Shown here piece by piece: positions 17,099 through 19,476 of a DNA stretch of 19,476 nucleotides (its first letter is position 1; each line of letters starts with the position of its first letter). The stretch is from an uncultured Verrucomicrobiales bacterium. Its GTDB lineage: Bacteria > Verrucomicrobiota > Verrucomicrobiia > Verrucomicrobiales > DEV007. The stretch spans positions 1 to 19,476 of the forward strand of contig CALKOM010000048.1 in assembly GCA_938091905.1 (NCBI GenBank), in the 5' to 3' direction. Made by a program: the position numbers and the translations under genes. The notes under the pieces were generated by a model. The model saw only the letters and a list, made by a program, of their open reading frames with translations, was not told where the DNA came from and searched no databases.

Positions 17099-17132
17099 CA
17101 CTTGGCCACGGCATGCCTGCCGTGGCCAAGTG
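17099..17132. repeat. Perfect 15-bp hairpin (REP-like palindrome or terminator without U-tail)
   Basis: cacttggccacggca-tgcc-tgccgtggccaagtg, starting 8 nt after the stop at 17090. Confidence 0.8.
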
Positions 17133-17195
17133 CGTGTTGTCGTTCCGTCAGCAAGTCCATTGAGTGGGAAGAATCCGCGTTCGCCGTAATTTCGC

Positions 17196-17230
17196 TTGTC
17201 TCTTACAAACTGGGTTCCTAGCTTTCCACA
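17196..17230 (+). promoter_or_regulatory. Putative sigma70 promoter, leaderless architecture
   Basis: TTGTCT (17196-17201), 17 nt, TAGCTT (17219-17224), 6 nt, ATG 17231; no Shine-Dalgarno sequence. Confidence 0.5.
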
Positions 17231-19087
17231 ATGATGACTCTCGATTCTAGGCTCGCGTTACTCATGGTCACTCTGTCGTCTTGCGCACTGGTGCAAGCTC
17301 AGAGTGTCCTCTTATTGGAATCCTTCGAGGACTCTGTGGATGCGGTTGAAGTGGTAGGAGGCAATGCTCGCACTGTAGACGACATCACGATTTCGCAGCA
17401 CACCAAGATGGGAGCGGATGACATTCGTGTGACGGATGGAGAAAAGTCGTTGAAGCTAGAACTCGGTGCCTCACCAGCGTGGAATCCCGATACGATCTAC
17501 ACCTTTTCTGAGGAGAATAGCACAATCATCAAAGAAGCCTGGGCTAGCAAGGAAGAGGCACGCTATATTCTGCGTTTCGATGTGATCTTTCCAGAGGGTC
17601 TCAATTGGGGCAACAACACTCCCCAGCTCAATGGCAATTGGCGCTATGGCCAAGCCGAGCATGGTGGTCAGCTCAGTCGCACCATGTCCATCCCCTTGGA
17701 TGTCATCGAGCGTACCTTGAGCGAAGAAGAACTGATCACGTTGCGCTTCATCCACAACTTTGGGGTCGATGAATTCAATGGAATCGAGATGTATTTCGAT
17801 AACATTCGCTTAGTCGACTCCTATGTGTCCGGTGCGGTGCCTGAGGTCAATCTACTCAATGGCTTCGAATCTGAAGAAGATTTAAGCAAAATCGCCCCAG
17901 TCACCGAACGATTTGAACTCTCTCTTCACGAGAAAAGCGGCCCGGCGGATATCGCTGTTACTGAAGGCGAGGGCTCATTAGAGATCAAATTCAATGAGCG
18001 AGGAGCTTGGAAAAGAGATTTCACCATTCCGTTCAACGGCACTATTATGGAATCCATCGCCGCTCTCCCTCCAGGAGCGCGCAAACGTTATACTTTGCGC
18101 TTGGATGTGATCTACGAAGAGCGCGGTGACAATTGGACTGGCAACTGGCAGAACTTCAACATCCGTCCAGCCAATGGTGGCACGACAGTAGGAAACATTT
18201 CTATGGCTCGGTTCAGTGATGACCAGCATGTGAGGACTTACAGTATTACGATGGATCAGATAGAGCTCGATCCCGCCGAGCCTGGTATCAGCATCGTCAA
18301 CCAAGGTGCGTGGGGAGACGCAGGAACGACTTGGCACATTGATAATGTGCGCGTGATCGATACGGGCGTCTCACCGCTCAAGATCGGAGACATCGCCCTG
18401 ACTGCGGAAGGGCAAGCCTCCCTCTCGTGGGCTTCCTCGGATTCGCAGTCTTATGCGGTGGAAGCTTCGACCGATTTGATCGAGTGGATTCCTGTCACCT
18501 CTGGAATCGTTGGCGAAGCTGGGTCCACCTCCTTTGTTGATACTAACAAAGCACTGTTTTCTGCGCAGTTCTACCGTGTCAGTGTCTCCGGAGCAGCTCC
18601 ACCCCTGCGCGAAGACTTCGAGAATGGCATGGGAAGCTGGCGGTCAATCACCAAAGCTGGTCCTGGTACTACGGAGTGGGAGATTGGCGAAGCGAGCAAT
18701 GGTCCTCCGGCCGCGAAGAGTGGAATCGCCGTCGCCGGCACCGATCTCGATGCGGACTACGCGGCAGGCACGCATATCAGCCTCATTTCCCCAGAAGTGA
18801 ATCTGGAGACCTTCCTAAAAGAACCGACTCTGTCATTCTCCTACTTTTTAGCTCTCGGAGATGCTGGCGCCGCACGGATCAATGTCTTGGATCTGACAGA
18901 GACATTGATAGAAGAAGGCAGTGAAGACAACGGCCTCTTCATCACTGAGAATACCGATGGTTGGACGGACATTTCTGTCACACTGCCAGCTTCCGGCCAG
19001 AAAGTACTCCTCGAGTTTGAATTCGTCGCTGGTGGAAGCGCCGCAGGCTTCTTTATCGATGATGTGACGGTCTCGGAGAGCCCGTAG
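17231..19087 (+). CDS. Secreted acidic multi-beta-sandwich protein: two tandem CBM-like domains, a STDLxxW/FYRV domain and a MAM/adhesin-like C-terminal domain
   Basis: Signal peptide; duplicated FE...VTxGExSL...RYxLRxDVI...DNxRxxD domains; LSWASSDSQSYAVEASTDLIEW...FYRV; EDFENGMGSW...LISPEVNL...FFIDDVTV. Confidence 0.8.
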   Translation: MMTLDSRLALLMVTLSSCALVQAQSVLLLESFEDSVDAVEVVGGNARTVDDITISQHTKMGADDIRVTDGEKSLKLELGASPAWNPDTIYTFSEENSTIIKEAWASKEEARYILRFDVIFPEGLNWGNNTPQLNGNWRYGQAEHGGQLSRTMSIPLDVIERTLSEEELITLRFIHNFGVDEFNGIEMYFDNIRLVDSYVSGAVPEVNLLNGFESEEDLSKIAPVTERFELSLHEKSGPADIAVTEGEGSLEIKFNERGAWKRDFTIPFNGTIMESIAALPPGARKRYTLRLDVIYEERGDNWTGNWQNFNIRPANGGTTVGNISMARFSDDQHVRTYSITMDQIELDPAEPGISIVNQGAWGDAGTTWHIDNVRVIDTGVSPLKIGDIALTAEGQASLSWASSDSQSYAVEASTDLIEWIPVTSGIVGEAGSTSFVDTNKALFSAQFYRVSVSGAAPPLREDFENGMGSWRSITKAGPGTTEWEIGEASNGPPAAKSGIAVAGTDLDADYAAGTHISLISPEVNLETFLKEPTLSFSYFLALGDAGAARINVLDLTETLIEEGSEDNGLFITENTDGWTDISVTLPASGQKVLLEFEFVAGGSAAGFFIDDVTVSESP

Positions 19088-19211
19088 TCAGCCTTGTTGG
19101 GGGCGTGGATTGCGATGGACGGCAATTTCTCGGAGGGAGCTTCCGTTCGCCCGCTCAATCTGGTAGAGCATCTATGTACGAAAATCTTTCACCACTCGCT
19201 ACTGTTGTGCG

Positions 19212-19476
19212 CCTGTCTTCTCTGCTCGCGATCGGATCGATGAGACGGTCAATCGCATTCGAAGTGTGCGGGGCAAGCGTTACCACTACCTTCGCAACTA
19301 CTTTCCGGAGCGTCATTTCAGCTCATTGAACCGCTACAAGGAGAAGTGTTTCCCGATCAACCTCTCATGCGCCAATTCATGGCCGAAGGCAAACTCACAG
19401 GACCGCCCGCGGCTTTGATGGATCCCAACATTCCGGAGGAGCAGCTCTTCGACACGGAAGCGGACCCTCACGAAAT
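19212..19476 (+). pseudogene. 5'-truncated, frameshifted sulfatase fragment, running off the window end
   Basis: VFSARDRIDETVNRIRSVRGKRYHYLRNYFPER...YKEKCFPI, 1-nt deletion at ~19360, then PLMRQFMAEGKLTGPPAALMDPNIPEEQLFDTEADPHE. An in-frame TAG lies upstream at 19164 and there is no room for the catalytic N-terminus. Confidence 0.8.

Overview
Bacterial chromosomal window, most likely from the PVC superphylum and probably Verrucomicrobiota. This is inferred from the PVC-type heme-binding proteins, the PQQ-like propeller, the sulfatases and a STDLxxW...FYRV domain. Intact genes: a sulfatase, a PQQ/BamB-like beta-propeller, an HpcH/HpaI aldolase, SUI1/YciH, a divergent PurC-like ligase, an esterase, a 1269-aa CBM-propeller-HEAT-cytochrome c protein, a VapBC toxin-antitoxin pair and a secreted tandem beta-sandwich protein. 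About six broken genes are interleaved: a sterol-desaturase-family fragment, an SGNH/GDSL hydrolase, an unknown C-terminal fragment, a GxxExxY nuclease, a frameshifted PVC-type propeller/HEAT protein and a sulfatase fragment. Two signals are not explained by the gene list. (i) A 63-bp direct repeat (59/63 identical) brackets the 1269-aa gene, and each copy forms the 3' end of a different hydrophobic micro-ORF ending LLGNCFSSMGSDSP[H/N]C*. (ii) A perfect 20-bp inverted repeat built on an 8-mer unit lies just downstream of the GxxExxY gene, with its right arm apparently inside the signal-peptide coding region of the next gene. All calls come from reading the sequence and remembered family motifs; no searches were run.
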